In this document: positions 22,755 through 33,860 of the stretch, piece after piece
How the letters are laid out: the number at the start of each line of letters is the position of its first letter
How positions within the stretch are numbered: the first letter of the stretch is position 1
Source of the DNA: Naegleria gruberi
Lineage: Eukaryota
DNA: 64,000 bases
NCBI GenBank assembly: GCA_000004985.1
Contig: GG738876.1
Reading direction: 5' to 3' (one strand)
Notes under the pieces: model-generated
The model's database searches: none
What the model was told of the DNA's origin: nothing
The model's input: the letters and a program-made list of their open reading frames with translations, nothing else
Made by a program: the position numbers and the translations under genes

Positions 22755-23902
22755 TCACACCACATAAAATTAACAGTACGTGACGGTCATATATAAACTA
22801 CTATTCATGAATTGTAATGGTTTCAATCGTTGTATTACACGAGTAAATAATCAATTTGTCATTTTGAAAAATTACAATTTTAATTACAACAACTTAAAAA
22901 CCACATTTTCTAAATTTCATATGGTAATCTCTCTGAATTATATTGTATACATACCAAAAAGTAATGTATCAATTATTTGCTATTTAAAACCTTGTATTTT
23001 TAAATATTTATCTATTAAACTTTAACTACTATATTTGGAATAAAATTTTCAATATTCTCAAGAAATAATTAACCAATGTTTTCATGGTTAATGTTAAATT
23101 ATATAAAGATGATAATCAAGCAAAATAATATAAATTGTTAATGATTTAGTGTTTCAGGATTCAAATCTTATGTTTTTGTCAATTTATCTTCCTTATTTTT
23201 CAGTATTTTAAAAAAAGCCGAATCAGAAAGATTGTAATTGTAATTTAATTTAGTTTCGTATATTGTTGGAGATGTAAATCATTAAGAATAAAAACTAGAT
23301 ACGAAAAAACATTGAAATTCTTGCTGGGCTAGTGGTAAATTTTTAACTTGGTCAAAATTCAAAAAATGCCACCAAAGCCAAGCAAGTTCATGCTTCGATC
23401 AAAAATTATGAAATCAACAAGATCCAAGAACAAGAATGATGATGATGATCTCTCTAATATTTGTCCTGGTATTGATTTAAAAAGAATTGGTGATGTAAAA
23501 TTGATTAATTTAATTGGAAAGAAAGTTTTTATTCGTGATGGTCGTTTATTCACCCATTCCGAACCTATTACAATATCATCTAGACAATGTACATGTTCTT
23601 CTTGTGGAAAATTGTATAGAAATTCATTACGAAAGTACCATGACAGAACATTAGCAAAGAAAAATCAACAGTTCCGTAAAACAATCAAATCACTCAAAAG
23701 GAAAGTCAAAATATTGTCACATAATGATGATGTTATTGTAGAAAAATTGAGATCACTGTTGGAACGTAATATTATCACACCAAATCATTTCTTTTATAGA
23801 TTTATATCTAACACGATCCTCAATGCCGACAAATCTTCACATTACTTCATGAATAGTAGTTTATATATGACCGTCACGTACTGTTAATTTTATGTGGTGT
23901 GA
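22755..23902. mobile_element. TIR-bounded element (non-autonomous DNA-transposon-like), about 1.15 kb, abuts N-gap 23903-23952
   Basis: Perfect 57-bp terminal inverted repeats TCACACCACATAAAATTAACAGTACGTGACGGTCATATATAAACTACTATTCATGAA at 22755-22811 and reverse-complemented at 23846-23902. AT-rich interior plus one 179-aa ORF. Confidence 0.6.
23348..23887 (+). CDS. ORF inside the TIR element: basic 179-aa protein with a Cys/His cluster (CTCSSCGKLYRNSLRKYH) and a coiled-coil-like tail; not a DDE transposase
   Basis: Track ORF. The protein is Lys/Arg-rich, the Cys/His cluster is a possible zinc-binding motif, and the 3' end runs into the right TIR. Confidence 0.35.
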   Translation: MVKIQKMPPKPSKFMLRSKIMKSTRSKNKNDDDDLSNICPGIDLKRIGDVKLINLIGKKVFIRDGRLFTHSEPITISSRQCTCSSCGKLYRNSLRKYHDRTLAKKNQQFRKTIKSLKRKVKILSHNDDVIVEKLRSLLERNIITPNHFFYRFISNTILNADKSSHYFMNSSLYMTVTYC

Positions 23903-24024
23903 NNNNNNNNNNNNNNNNNNNNNNNNNNNNNNNNNNNNNNNNNNNNNNNNNNCTGAAATTTTATTAATTTTATCTTTTTTTGCTTAATCATCATCATCCT
24001 AGGATGAAAATGCATAATTTATTA

Positions 24025-24603
24025 TTACAAGACATACATACACACGATGGTATAAATGGCCAAGCAAACAGTACTCAATAATCCCCATAACCAAACCAAT
24101 GTTCTCAATGGAGGCAAATTGAACCAGTACATGAAAAAGTAGACCATTCTAGAGAGGGTAAAGCTTGCCATCAGAATATTCCCCACAATGGCATTCCACA
24201 AGGAATATTGAGGATCGGTGATTGATGTATAACTCATTGTAGAGATGATAACGTATGGAATTGCAATCATGATGAATGGCACAACATTTTCAATGTCATT
24301 TCTGTGAATGTTGCCAGCCAATTCGGCACGAGAGGCCCATGAGGATGGTTTCTGATCTTCGAGGGAGTAATTGCTATTGTTGAGTGCTTGTTTTTGCTTT
24401 TTAGTCGACATGGCATCTATCATTTTAGAAATACCTGTTATTTGAGCAGCAATGAATAGACGAAACATTAAGAGAAAGACATTATAGACAAATCCTTGAA
24501 GGACAGGATTGTAGAGAATGAGTGGTTGCATTTTGTTTTGTTGTGTGAGTTTTTCTCTTTTACAAAGAGTTGAGCTATTTGAATGAAATATTGTGTTGTT
24601 CAC
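24025..24603 (-). CDS. MAPEG family protein, microsomal glutathione S-transferase 1-like
   Basis: NIHRNDIENVVPFIMIAIPYV aligns to the MGST1 RAHLNDLENIIPFLGIGLLY block, and RMVYFFMYWFNLPPLRTLVW to the RIYHTIAYLTPLPQPNRAL block. 4 predicted TM helices; 192 aa. Confidence 0.65.
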   Translation of the reverse strand: MNNTIFHSNSSTLCKREKLTQQNKMQPLILYNPVLQGFVYNVFLLMFRLFIAAQITGISKMIDAMSTKKQKQALNNSNYSLEDQKPSSWASRAELAGNIHRNDIENVVPFIMIAIPYVIISTMSYTSITDPQYSLWNAIVGNILMASFTLSRMVYFFMYWFNLPPLRTLVWLWGLLSTVCLAIYTIVCMYVL

Positions 24604-24799
24604 AACTCAATGCATCCTCCCGGATCTTTTAGTGTACGTCCACAGGTCAACCTACTCTCACAAATAACAATGTTTCTTCTTCAAGTGTATGTGCTGATGC
24701 TAATTTCCAAGGGATCTCATTTCTATGTGTTATTAAAAACAGCAATGAAAGATTGTTAAATTTCTGAAAATTTAACATATTAAAGAAATTTAATTTACA

Positions 24800-25771
24800 C
24801 TACAATTTAATATTGGTAATATCTCTGAGAACTCTATCAATTTGTGGACTGTTCAACACTGAAGAATCCACAAAGATGACCTTCTTGTTGGATTTCATCT
24901 TGCCTGACTTGACAATTCCCTTCTTTCTCGGTGTTGGAGTTTTTGGTGATGTTGGAGAGAGAAGTGAATTATTCAAAGTTGTGCTCGTTTCAATGATACT
25001 TCGTTCTCCAAATTTGAATTCATTCCAAGGTCTAACTTCTGCACAATTGGCCAAGTTCAACAAATAATCCACATCGTGATTATTTCTTCTGCCAATGAAA
25101 TCATATAAGTAAATAATTAATGTACAAATGTCACGGGTTGAATCCAATTCCAATTCTTGAATGAATTCAAACTTTTCATTACTTGAATTTTCCTGATTTT
25201 CAATTCCAATGCAATTGAACAGGTAGATGAATTTGAAACTCTTCAAAAAGGAAAATTGTGCTTGAATAGAGTTTGTTGCCTTTTCATTCAAGGTAAAGTA
25301 CATTTCGAACAATTCATGTTCTGTTAATTGTTTTTCGAATAGAAAACCAGAGATTCCACACGAAGAAGAAACTTGTTGAAAATCTAAATGATTTTCAACC
25401 TGTCCAGAATGCCCAAATATTTGTTGAATTAAATGTAAGCAGGAGAGAAGATGAAAGCTTGTTCGTGATGAATTCAAATCCGAAATCCAAACTCTAATTT
25501 CGGTTATTAACGGATTCAACACTTGAAACTCTGCGCTAAATTGAACAAACATGGTCAGATATTCATTATCAAGTAAGGCTTTGAGGAAATCTACTTTTTG
25601 TTCAAAGGGTTTCGGATAGCTTTTAGAGAGAATAAAAGTATTTTCTGAGGTTGGAGGCGAGCCAATAAAGGCATCATTCAACATGGACTGCATTGATAAT
25701 AACTTGGATGGATGAATTGTTTTACTAGGAGTACTAACTTGTGATATTTTATCATTGGAAAAGGAAAACAT
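24800..25771 (-). CDS. Hypothetical protein (no recognisable domain)
   Basis: 323-aa ORF of ordinary composition with a Ser/Pro/Thr/Lys-rich C-terminus. Confidence 0.4.
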   Translation of the reverse strand: MFSFSNDKISQVSTPSKTIHPSKLLSMQSMLNDAFIGSPPTSENTFILSKSYPKPFEQKVDFLKALLDNEYLTMFVQFSAEFQVLNPLITEIRVWISDLNSSRTSFHLLSCLHLIQQIFGHSGQVENHLDFQQVSSSCGISGFLFEKQLTEHELFEMYFTLNEKATNSIQAQFSFLKSFKFIYLFNCIGIENQENSSNEKFEFIQELELDSTRDICTLIIYLYDFIGRRNNHDVDYLLNLANCAEVRPWNEFKFGERSIIETSTTLNNSLLSPTSPKTPTPRKKGIVKSGKMKSNKKVIFVDSSVLNSPQIDRVLRDITNIKL

Positions 25772-26345
25772 TGTGATGAGAATGATTGAGAATTTTTTTT
25801 AAGGTTTTTTGGAGGTTTTTCAAAATGTTGGCGGGAAATTTGAATTAAGTTCTTTTGAGGTCAAGCTTTTGTTGAATATTTAAATTGTAAAAATGAGAAA
25901 ATTGTAAATAAATTGAAGAGATTATATAGAAACACCAACTAAAATCTTCTTCCAAGTTGTGCAATAACGAACAGCAATTTCTATGTTATTTTCACTATTG
26001 AAGTATGTCCAAAATAATCTTGGTACAAAATTGTGTTTTGCACAAACATTGAAACAACCCATGGTCATACAGTGGACATATGATATTCAGAACATTGAAA
26101 CTCTTTCGAACGCATCATTTCCTTCCCTATCCAACTGCACAACTTTCAGAATCTAATTCCAATTCCGCAATAATTCCACCTCCTTAAATGTTAATTGTTT
26201 AGAACCGCCTGATAGAACATGAGATAAGTTACAAGCTGGAACTTTTGGCGCCAACCTCAAAAGTGTCGTTGCAACCAACATCTTCTTTCAGTAAAAAAAA
26301 CAAACAAGAAAAAAAAGTGGCGTTTTCCAATCAGCAAAAAAACCA

Positions 26346-28774
26346 ATGAAAAGAGAAACTTTTAAGGTTCATGCAATACAACAAGGAAGAAGGAATAATG
26401 ATTCAACTCCTTCTTCTTCCTACTCGGAAGGATTTTTAAAGATGAAGAAGAATGTAAATAATAGCTTGATGATGCTGGTTGCATTAATATCAATCATGCT
26501 GCTGTTGGGTTTCTCTCAATATGTTGAAGCATTGAATGGTGAGGGAGTTGATGTATCCAAGTGCACTTATCAGAGTTCTGTCTCATTGGGCTCTACCATG
26601 ACTTTAAAGTGGAATGTTTTGAAGAATCCTAGTGATGCCTCCAATTATATTCTCGAATTTGGTTTAATTTGCACAAAGGCAGGTTATTGTTCCATTGGAT
26701 TTGATCATCCGTATGGGCAGGGCATGCAAAGTATTGATACCTTGTTTGCTTTTGTGAGTTCTGGAGTTGCCAATGTTCAGGATTGTTACTGCACCAATAA
26801 GCATTCAATTCCAACCATCGATTCGAACAATGGAGGTTCTAATGACTTTTTGGAAACTAATGGTGGAGTTGTGAATGGACAGTATCATTATAGATGGAGT
26901 AGAAAGATGAGTACTGGAGATTCACAGGATGCAACCTTTAAGAATTCAAATGTTTATGTGAGTTGGGCCTATCATTCATCCTCTACCTCAATTTCTTCAA
27001 CTCACACCGACTATGGAAGAAATATTGCAGTTAATTTCCTTTCCAATACACCAACTGAAACCTATGTGAAAGGAATGATTAATAATGGAGCTAGTAGTTC
27101 ATCCTCTTCTTCCTCAAATTCAACAAGTACTAGTAGCTCCACTTACACACAAGTTCCATCTCTATGCCCTTGCCATTGGTATTGCTTCACTAATCATGGC
27201 TGGATTAATTGTGACTTATTTGCCAACTGCTTTCAAATCCAACATTATTACTCACTTTTTATTTTATAGAAAGATTTCCAAGGTTATTCCATATGATTTT
27301 CCATTAGTTTCTTATGTGAATCAATTCCTTGATTTGACAATTGGTGAAGTATTGGTGATTATTGTCTATTTGGCTATGAAGGTTGTTTGGTTTGTTTATG
27401 GATTTCTTACTCAAACTGATGATTCTACAGCAAAGAAGGTAGCCTCTGGATTTACTCAATTAATTGTGTTTAACTATATTTTCCTGTTCATTCCAGTGAC
27501 AAGATATTCAGTTTTACAAGCATTATTTGGAATTTCATTCGAAAGATCAATCAAATTCCATAAATGGATTGGTGTCATGGTTTTCCTCTCTGCAACTGCT
27601 CATGGTATAGTGGAATTTATTGCGTACAGGGACAATATTCCATATATATTCTCGGTTGGTGATGGTTTTCCATTACTGGGAATTATTGCTTGGTTGACTC
27701 TTGGATTGCTTCTTTTATTCTCACTTGAGCCAATCAGAAGAAAATTATATGAATTGTTTTTGGTATTCCACATTCCATTGACCTTTATCACAGTCACATT
27801 CTCAATTATTCATGGTGAAGGTTGGATTAATTTACTTCCATATATGGCATTCTCACTCTTTTTAATGGTAGTGGATTTTCTTTTGAGAGCAATAATTGGA
27901 TTTGGCGTTCCAACCAAGTTGGTTCAGATTTCATATGATGAAGATGCTGAGGTTACAACTTGTGTATTCGAAAAGAGATTCTTGACCCTGTTCCACAATC
28001 CAAATCATGCTCACTTTGTCTTTGTTTACATTCCACAAGTTTCCATTTATCAACTCCATCCAATGACAATTAGTTCATGTGTTAAGTTGCATGATGGTAG
28101 TCATCAATTTACATGCCACATCAAACGAATGGAAGGAGGTTCTTGGTTAACCAAATTGGCCAACCTAGCCAAGTCAAAGAATGATTGATGAATATTTTGG
28201 CGTTAGAGTTGAAGGAGCATATGGAAATCTTTCCATTCCATTCTTCAATTCAGGACTATTCTCAAAAATAGAAGATCCAAAGCGTACCATTGTCTTTATC
28301 GTTGCTGGAATTGGAGCCACTCCTGCCAATGCTATCCTTACAGCTCTGGAAGATCCAAAATATAATGAACCAACTCCTTACAAGGTCTTTGTTAACTTTA
28401 CAATGAGAAATGAAGCTCTCCTTCCTCACTTGACCAAAATTATTCAACAAAAACCCAATGTTGAAAGTTCCTTCTATATTACTGGTTCCAAATCAAAATC
28501 TCACAATGCCAATCAGATTGAAATGCTAGAGAAGGGAAGAAGTACTGGAATAGATCATAGTAATGATAGAAGATTTATCAAGGGATCAAGACCAGTCTAT
28601 GAAGAGTATCTTCATAAGGTGAAACAATATGTTGCCCAATCTAAATCAAAGCCATACGTTTCAGTGTTTGCCTGTGGTCCAGCAGCCATGATGAATGCAG
28701 TTCATAATGCTGTAATTTCAGCTAGTGATATGGATTGTCGATTTGAACTTCATAAGGAAGAATTTGAATTTTAA
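26346..28774 (+). CDS. DOMON domain fused to a ferric-reductase/NADPH-oxidase-type flavocytochrome (paralog A); coding spread over 3 frames by two apparent +1 frameshifts near 27100-27170 and 28160-28185
   Basis: Signal peptide, then Cys-containing DOMON-like domain (CTYQSSVSLGSTMTLKWNV...GYCSIGFDHPYGQGMQS...DCYCTN). TM ferric-reductase domain with His ligands (HKWIGVMVFLSATAHGIVEF, FHIPLTFITVTFSIIHGEG). FAD motif HPMTISS. NAD(P)H motifs IVFIVAGIGATP and VFACGPAAMMNAV. The frameshift positions were inferred by comparison with in-frame paralog B. Confidence 0.65.
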
Positions 28775-29065
28775 TTTATAAACTATTTTGTTTTAAGGTA
28801 ATAAAAGCATCTTGGAATTCCAAGAGGAAGTTTTTTCCTCTGTTGTTGAAAAATATGGACTTTTTTGGAACTTTTACGACAAGAATATGTTGTTAAGGAT
28901 GCATCCTTCCCTTTTAATCTTCTTATTTTCCATTATTCCACATGAATCATTGTAAATTGCGCTGGTGTTTTTAAAAATTGGCGTTTTGCATGGCCTCCTC
29001 TCCTCAAAACCAAGAAGACAACTGGAAAAAATCTTTAACACAACCATTGAATAGGATTTTCACAC

Positions 29066-31497
29066 ATGTGGATATTAAGGCAGCAGCAGAATCATCCAAT
29101 AAAACATTTAGAGAGTGTTAACTACTCTCTTTCATCAAATAGAACACAAAAATGTTCGGAAAGAGGATTATTAAAATTAACTGTCATGTGTTTGATAATA
29201 TTCATGATAAATATCACTCATATACAACATGTTGAGGCATTGAACAGTGCAGGAAATGATGTGTCCAAATGTACCTATCAAAAATCAGTAAAACTTGGCT
29301 CTACCATGACTCTCTACTGGAATGTTTTGAAAAATCCCAATGATGCCTCCAATCCCATTCTTGAATTTGGTTTAATTTGCACAAAAGCAGGTTACTGTTC
29401 CATTGGATTTGACCATCCATTTGGAAAAGGTATGCAAAGTATTGATACCTTGTTTGCTTATACTTCCAATGGAGCTGCATATGTTCAGGATTGTTATTGC
29501 ACCAATAAGAAATCCATTCCAACCATCGACTCGAACAATGGAGGTTCTAATGACTTTTGGAAACTAATGGTGGAGTTGTGAATGGACAGTATCATTATAG
29601 GTGGAGTAGAAAGATGAGCACTGGAGATTCACAGGATGCAACCTTTAAGAATTCAAATGTTTATGTGAGTTGGGCCTATCATTCATCCTCGACTTCAATT
29701 AGGTCAACTCACACGGCCTATGATAGAAATATTGCCATCAACTTTCTTTCTGTCTCGCCAACTGAAACCTACTCAACTGGTATGATTAATTCTGGAACTA
29801 GTAACAATAATAATGGAGGTGGTAATAATAATGGTGGCAATGATGACAATGAAGGAGACAATGATGATGACCATGACAGTGGAGATTCAAAGAAGCACTT
29901 GTATCATTTGTATGCTTTGGGAATTGCTGTATTTTCCTTAATGGTATTAGGAATTATTACCACTATCTTACCAGCTTCTGTCAAATCTAATATCTTTACT
30001 CACTTTTTGCTGTACAGAAAGGTTTCGAAAGTTATTCCATATGATTTTCCATTAGTTTCCTATGTGAATCAATTCCTTGATCTGACTCTTGGTGAGTTGG
30101 TTATCATTTTAGTATATGCTGGATTGAATGTTATTTGGTTTGTTTATGGATATTTGGAAAGTCAAAAGGTTTCGTCTGCATTTGCAAAGGTGATTGTATT
30201 TAACTATATTTTCCTGTTCATTCCAGTGACAAGATATTCAGTTTTACAAGCATTATTTGGAATTTCATTCGAAAGATCAATCAAATTCCATAAATGGATT
30301 GGTGTCATGGTTTTCCTCTCTGCAACTGCTCATGGTATAGTGGAATTCATCGAATTTAAAGATAACATTCCATTCATGTTTTCAGTGGAGGATGGATATC
30401 CATTGTTGGGAATTATTGCATGGCTAGCTCTTGGATTATTATTGCTATTTTCAATGGAGCCAATCAGAAGAAAATTATATGAATTGTTTTTGGTTTTCCA
30501 TATTCCATTGACATTTATCACAGTCACATTCTCAATTATTCATGGTGAAGGTTGGATTAATTTACTTCCATACATGGCATTCTCTATTATTTTAATGGTA
30601 ATTGACTGGACTTTAAGAGCAATTATTGGATTTGGTCTTCATACACAACTAGTCCATATATCCTATGATGAAGAGTCTGAAGTGACCACTTGTGTATTCG
30701 AAAAGAGATTCTTGACCCTGTTCCACAATCCAAATCATGCTCATTTTGTTTTTGTTTACATTCCACAAGTTTCCATTTATCAACTCCATCCAATGACAAT
30801 TAGCTCATGTGAAAAACTTGCAGATAGTAACCATTACCGATTCACATGCCACATCAAAAGAATGGAAGGAGGTTCTTGGTCAACCAAATTGGCCAATCTT
30901 GCAAAATCCAACAAACCAATCGATTCATATCATGGTGTTAGAGTTGAAGGAGCTTACGGAAATCTTTCCATTCCATTCTTCAATGACAGTCTCCTCTCCA
31001 GAAGTGAAGATAAAAAGAGAACCATTGTCTTTATCGTTGCTGGAATTGGAGCCACTCCTGCCAATGCTATCCTTACAGCTCTGGAAGATCCAAAATATAA
31101 TGAACCAACTCCTTACAAAGTCTATGTGAATTTAACTTCAAGAAATGAAGCAATTCTCAAGCACTTTAGAATACTGGTCCAACACAAACCAAATGTAGAT
31201 TGCACATTCTACATAACAGGAACTAAACCATCCAAATCTATAGAAATGTTAGAAAAAGGGCAAAGTACTGGAATTGACCATAGTACAGATAGAAGGTTTA
31301 TCAGAGGATCAAGACCAAATTATGTTGATTACTTGAATGGTGTGAAAGCACAAGTCAATCAATCAAAATCGCTCCCTTACGTTTCAGTGTTTGCCTGTGG
31401 TCCTTCTTCAATGATGAATTCTGTTCATAATGCTGTGTGGTCATGTAGTGATATGGATTGTCGTTTCGAATTACATAAAGAAGAATTTGAATTTTAA
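29066..31497 (+). CDS. DOMON-ferric reductase/NOX-type flavocytochrome (paralog B); one apparent -1 frameshift at a T-homopolymer near 29553-29560
   Basis: Same architecture and long 100% identical stretches with paralog A (e.g. 27461-27600 = 30211-30350). The homopolymer is T4 here versus T5 in paralog A at GACTTTT(T)GGAAACTAATGG. It has a poly-N/G/D acidic linker instead of paralog A's poly-S linker. Confidence 0.65.
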
Positions 31498-31827
31498 ATT
31501 GTTGATGAAATTAAATGATAATTTTCTGTGTCATTGTGTGAAGATCACTGAAGCGCTGTTGATTTTTTTTAAGTGATCACACAATTTAGAGCAAACATAA
31601 CCTATTTCCAAACACTGACATTTGACGTCGTCATTAAAACAATCGAACAGTCAAAAAAAATCACCCATCTGTCCAACATCAAAGTTGTCAAAATTACGAT
31701 AGAAAACAACCAAGTCATCCGTAACAAGAGATAGTTTTCTTCTTCTTCATCTTTAAATTATAATCTTTTTTCAACAACACATCATCATATCCAACACAAC
31801 CATTGGATATATTCACATCATAAGAGA

Positions 31828-33860
31828 ATGGGAAATGGAAAATCAAAGGAAGGAGGAAAAGGTGGTTTGTTAGCCGTGTCGAGAAATTCCCTCGATGAAG
31901 GTCCTCCTGCAAAATCCTCTTCCAGTGTAAAACCAAATCAAAGAGTTAATATCTATGTTGATGAAACGTCGGTTAAGAATAATAATAATACTACTACTAC
32001 ATCTAATATGAATAATAATAATAATAACAATACTAATAATAATAATAGCCTTCATCAGAGTCAACTTTCCAATGATTCATCATCAACTAATAATAATACA
32101 ACAACAACAACAGCAACTCCACCCTCCAATAATCAAAATCCAAACACAGCAACAGGAACAACAATTTCCAATACCAATACAGATAGTACCACATCATCAT
32201 CACCCAACGCGTCGACTAACAATTCTGTTCTCACTCCTTCGAATCAGCAACAACAACATCATGTAACTTTTGGCGCCAATACTGGTTCTTCTTCGTCTAT
32301 TGTTTTTGGTGTTGATGTGAGTGTGGCGGTTCAGAGAAGCTGTAAATTAATTCTCAAAATGTTACTCCAGAAAAAACAACAAGAATCAGGCGCTGCTGCT
32401 GCTGATAGTTCTCCTCCTCCTCCTCAGGAAAGTATTTCGGAAGAAAAAGTATGTTAATTTAATTATTATTTCAAGTGTTCTAATAGAATTTTATTATTTT
32501 GATATTATTGTTATTGTTATCGTAATTGATTACGATGATGATGATTTTAATTATTATGAATGATGATTTTAATAGAAGAATGAATATAAACATCCATTGG
32601 CAAGTGATGAAGAAATAGAAGCCATAGAGAAAGTATGTGCCAATCTAGAAACTTTATTCATTCCGGAAGTATTACGTCAATGTCTTAGATTTTTAAATTA
32701 CTATTCATCTCTTCTTGAACAAGGTGTCTATCGTATACCTGGAGATACACAGAAAATGAAAGAATATAGAGAAGTATTTGATAAAGGTCAGTCCATTGAC
32801 TTTTTGGCAGAGAATCGAGAAATTGATAGAAAGAGAAAGGAAGCACAAGAAAATGGAGTTACTGTTGATATAGTGCATCACGGAGTAAGTATTTATTCGA
32901 AAGTATAATATTCTCATTATCATCATTATAATCACAATGAACATCATCACAACAATAGATTAAACATGATGCTCATGATGTGGCTGGTCTCATTAAATTG
33001 TTCTTGAGAGAGCTTCCTGGAGATTATCATTTATTTACATCACAAACAGCTCCTGAATTTTCCATTTCACATTTGAAGAATTTTGCAACAGAGGAAGAAA
33101 AAGTTGAATCAGTGAGGACAAGTTTACTTCGAGTACCAAGAGCTAATAGAGATACTTTGAAAGCTCTGTGTGAACACTTTAGACTGATAATCAAATACGA
33201 GAAATCTAACAAGATGACAACTGACAATTTACTCAAATGGTATGTTTTAATTTTTCACATAATTTTTCAATAACATTTGATCCTATTCAAATGAAATTAT
33301 CGCAACAATCTTCTTTCATCATCTGGAACAATAACAGTATATGTGGAACATCACCTTATGTATTGGCTTTCTATTTTATGGTTCAATTCTATGATATAGT
33401 TTTCAGAGAGGAGGAAAAGAAAGAACCATCTAAACCATTAACAGAAGAGGAAATGAACTCGACCAAGAATATTGAATGGTTGCTAAGAGCTCAAAATGAT
33501 AACAAAAATGTACTCAGTCTGGGTAATCTTTCACACCTCACTGGAGGAAATAACAATTTATCAAATGAAGCACTTGCAGGTAAAGCCATGAGTGCTAGGG
33601 AAAGTAGAAGAAAGTCGTACTATCAAAGACAGCAAAGAAATGACAGCACAGCATCTGAAGATACACCAACTACTGCCACTGACCAATCTGATTTTGCCTC
33701 CCCAGCAACAAATGATAATTCCAATTCTGATTTAGATCCAATAACTTTAGCACTATTGAAAATGAAAAAGGACAAGGATACACAAAACGAAAACACAATT
33801 GCCACAGACAATGTAGACTCACAAGAACAAAATGATTCTTCGATTACAGTTGAGATGTAA
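31828..33860 (+). CDS. N-myristoylated RhoGAP-domain protein, join(31828..32448,32576..32884,32959..33239,33338..33860)
   Basis: MGNGKSK N-terminus (myristoylation consensus). Poly-N/T/Q/S tracts. The RhoGAP domain is spread over exons 2-4: GVYRIPGDTQKMKEYREVFDKG...DIVHHG|IKHDAHDVAGLIKLFLRELP...NKMTTDNLLK. Introns start GTATGT, GTAAGT, GTATGT and phases are consistent. The last acceptor (AACAG|T) is the least certain. Confidence 0.65.

Noticed and set aside
31870-32266. Short ORFs within the poly-N/T/Q region of the RhoGAP gene's first exon
   Set aside because: Alternative frames of a homopolymer-codon region (poly-I, poly-Q). The sense frame with MGNGKSK continues into a real RhoGAP domain.
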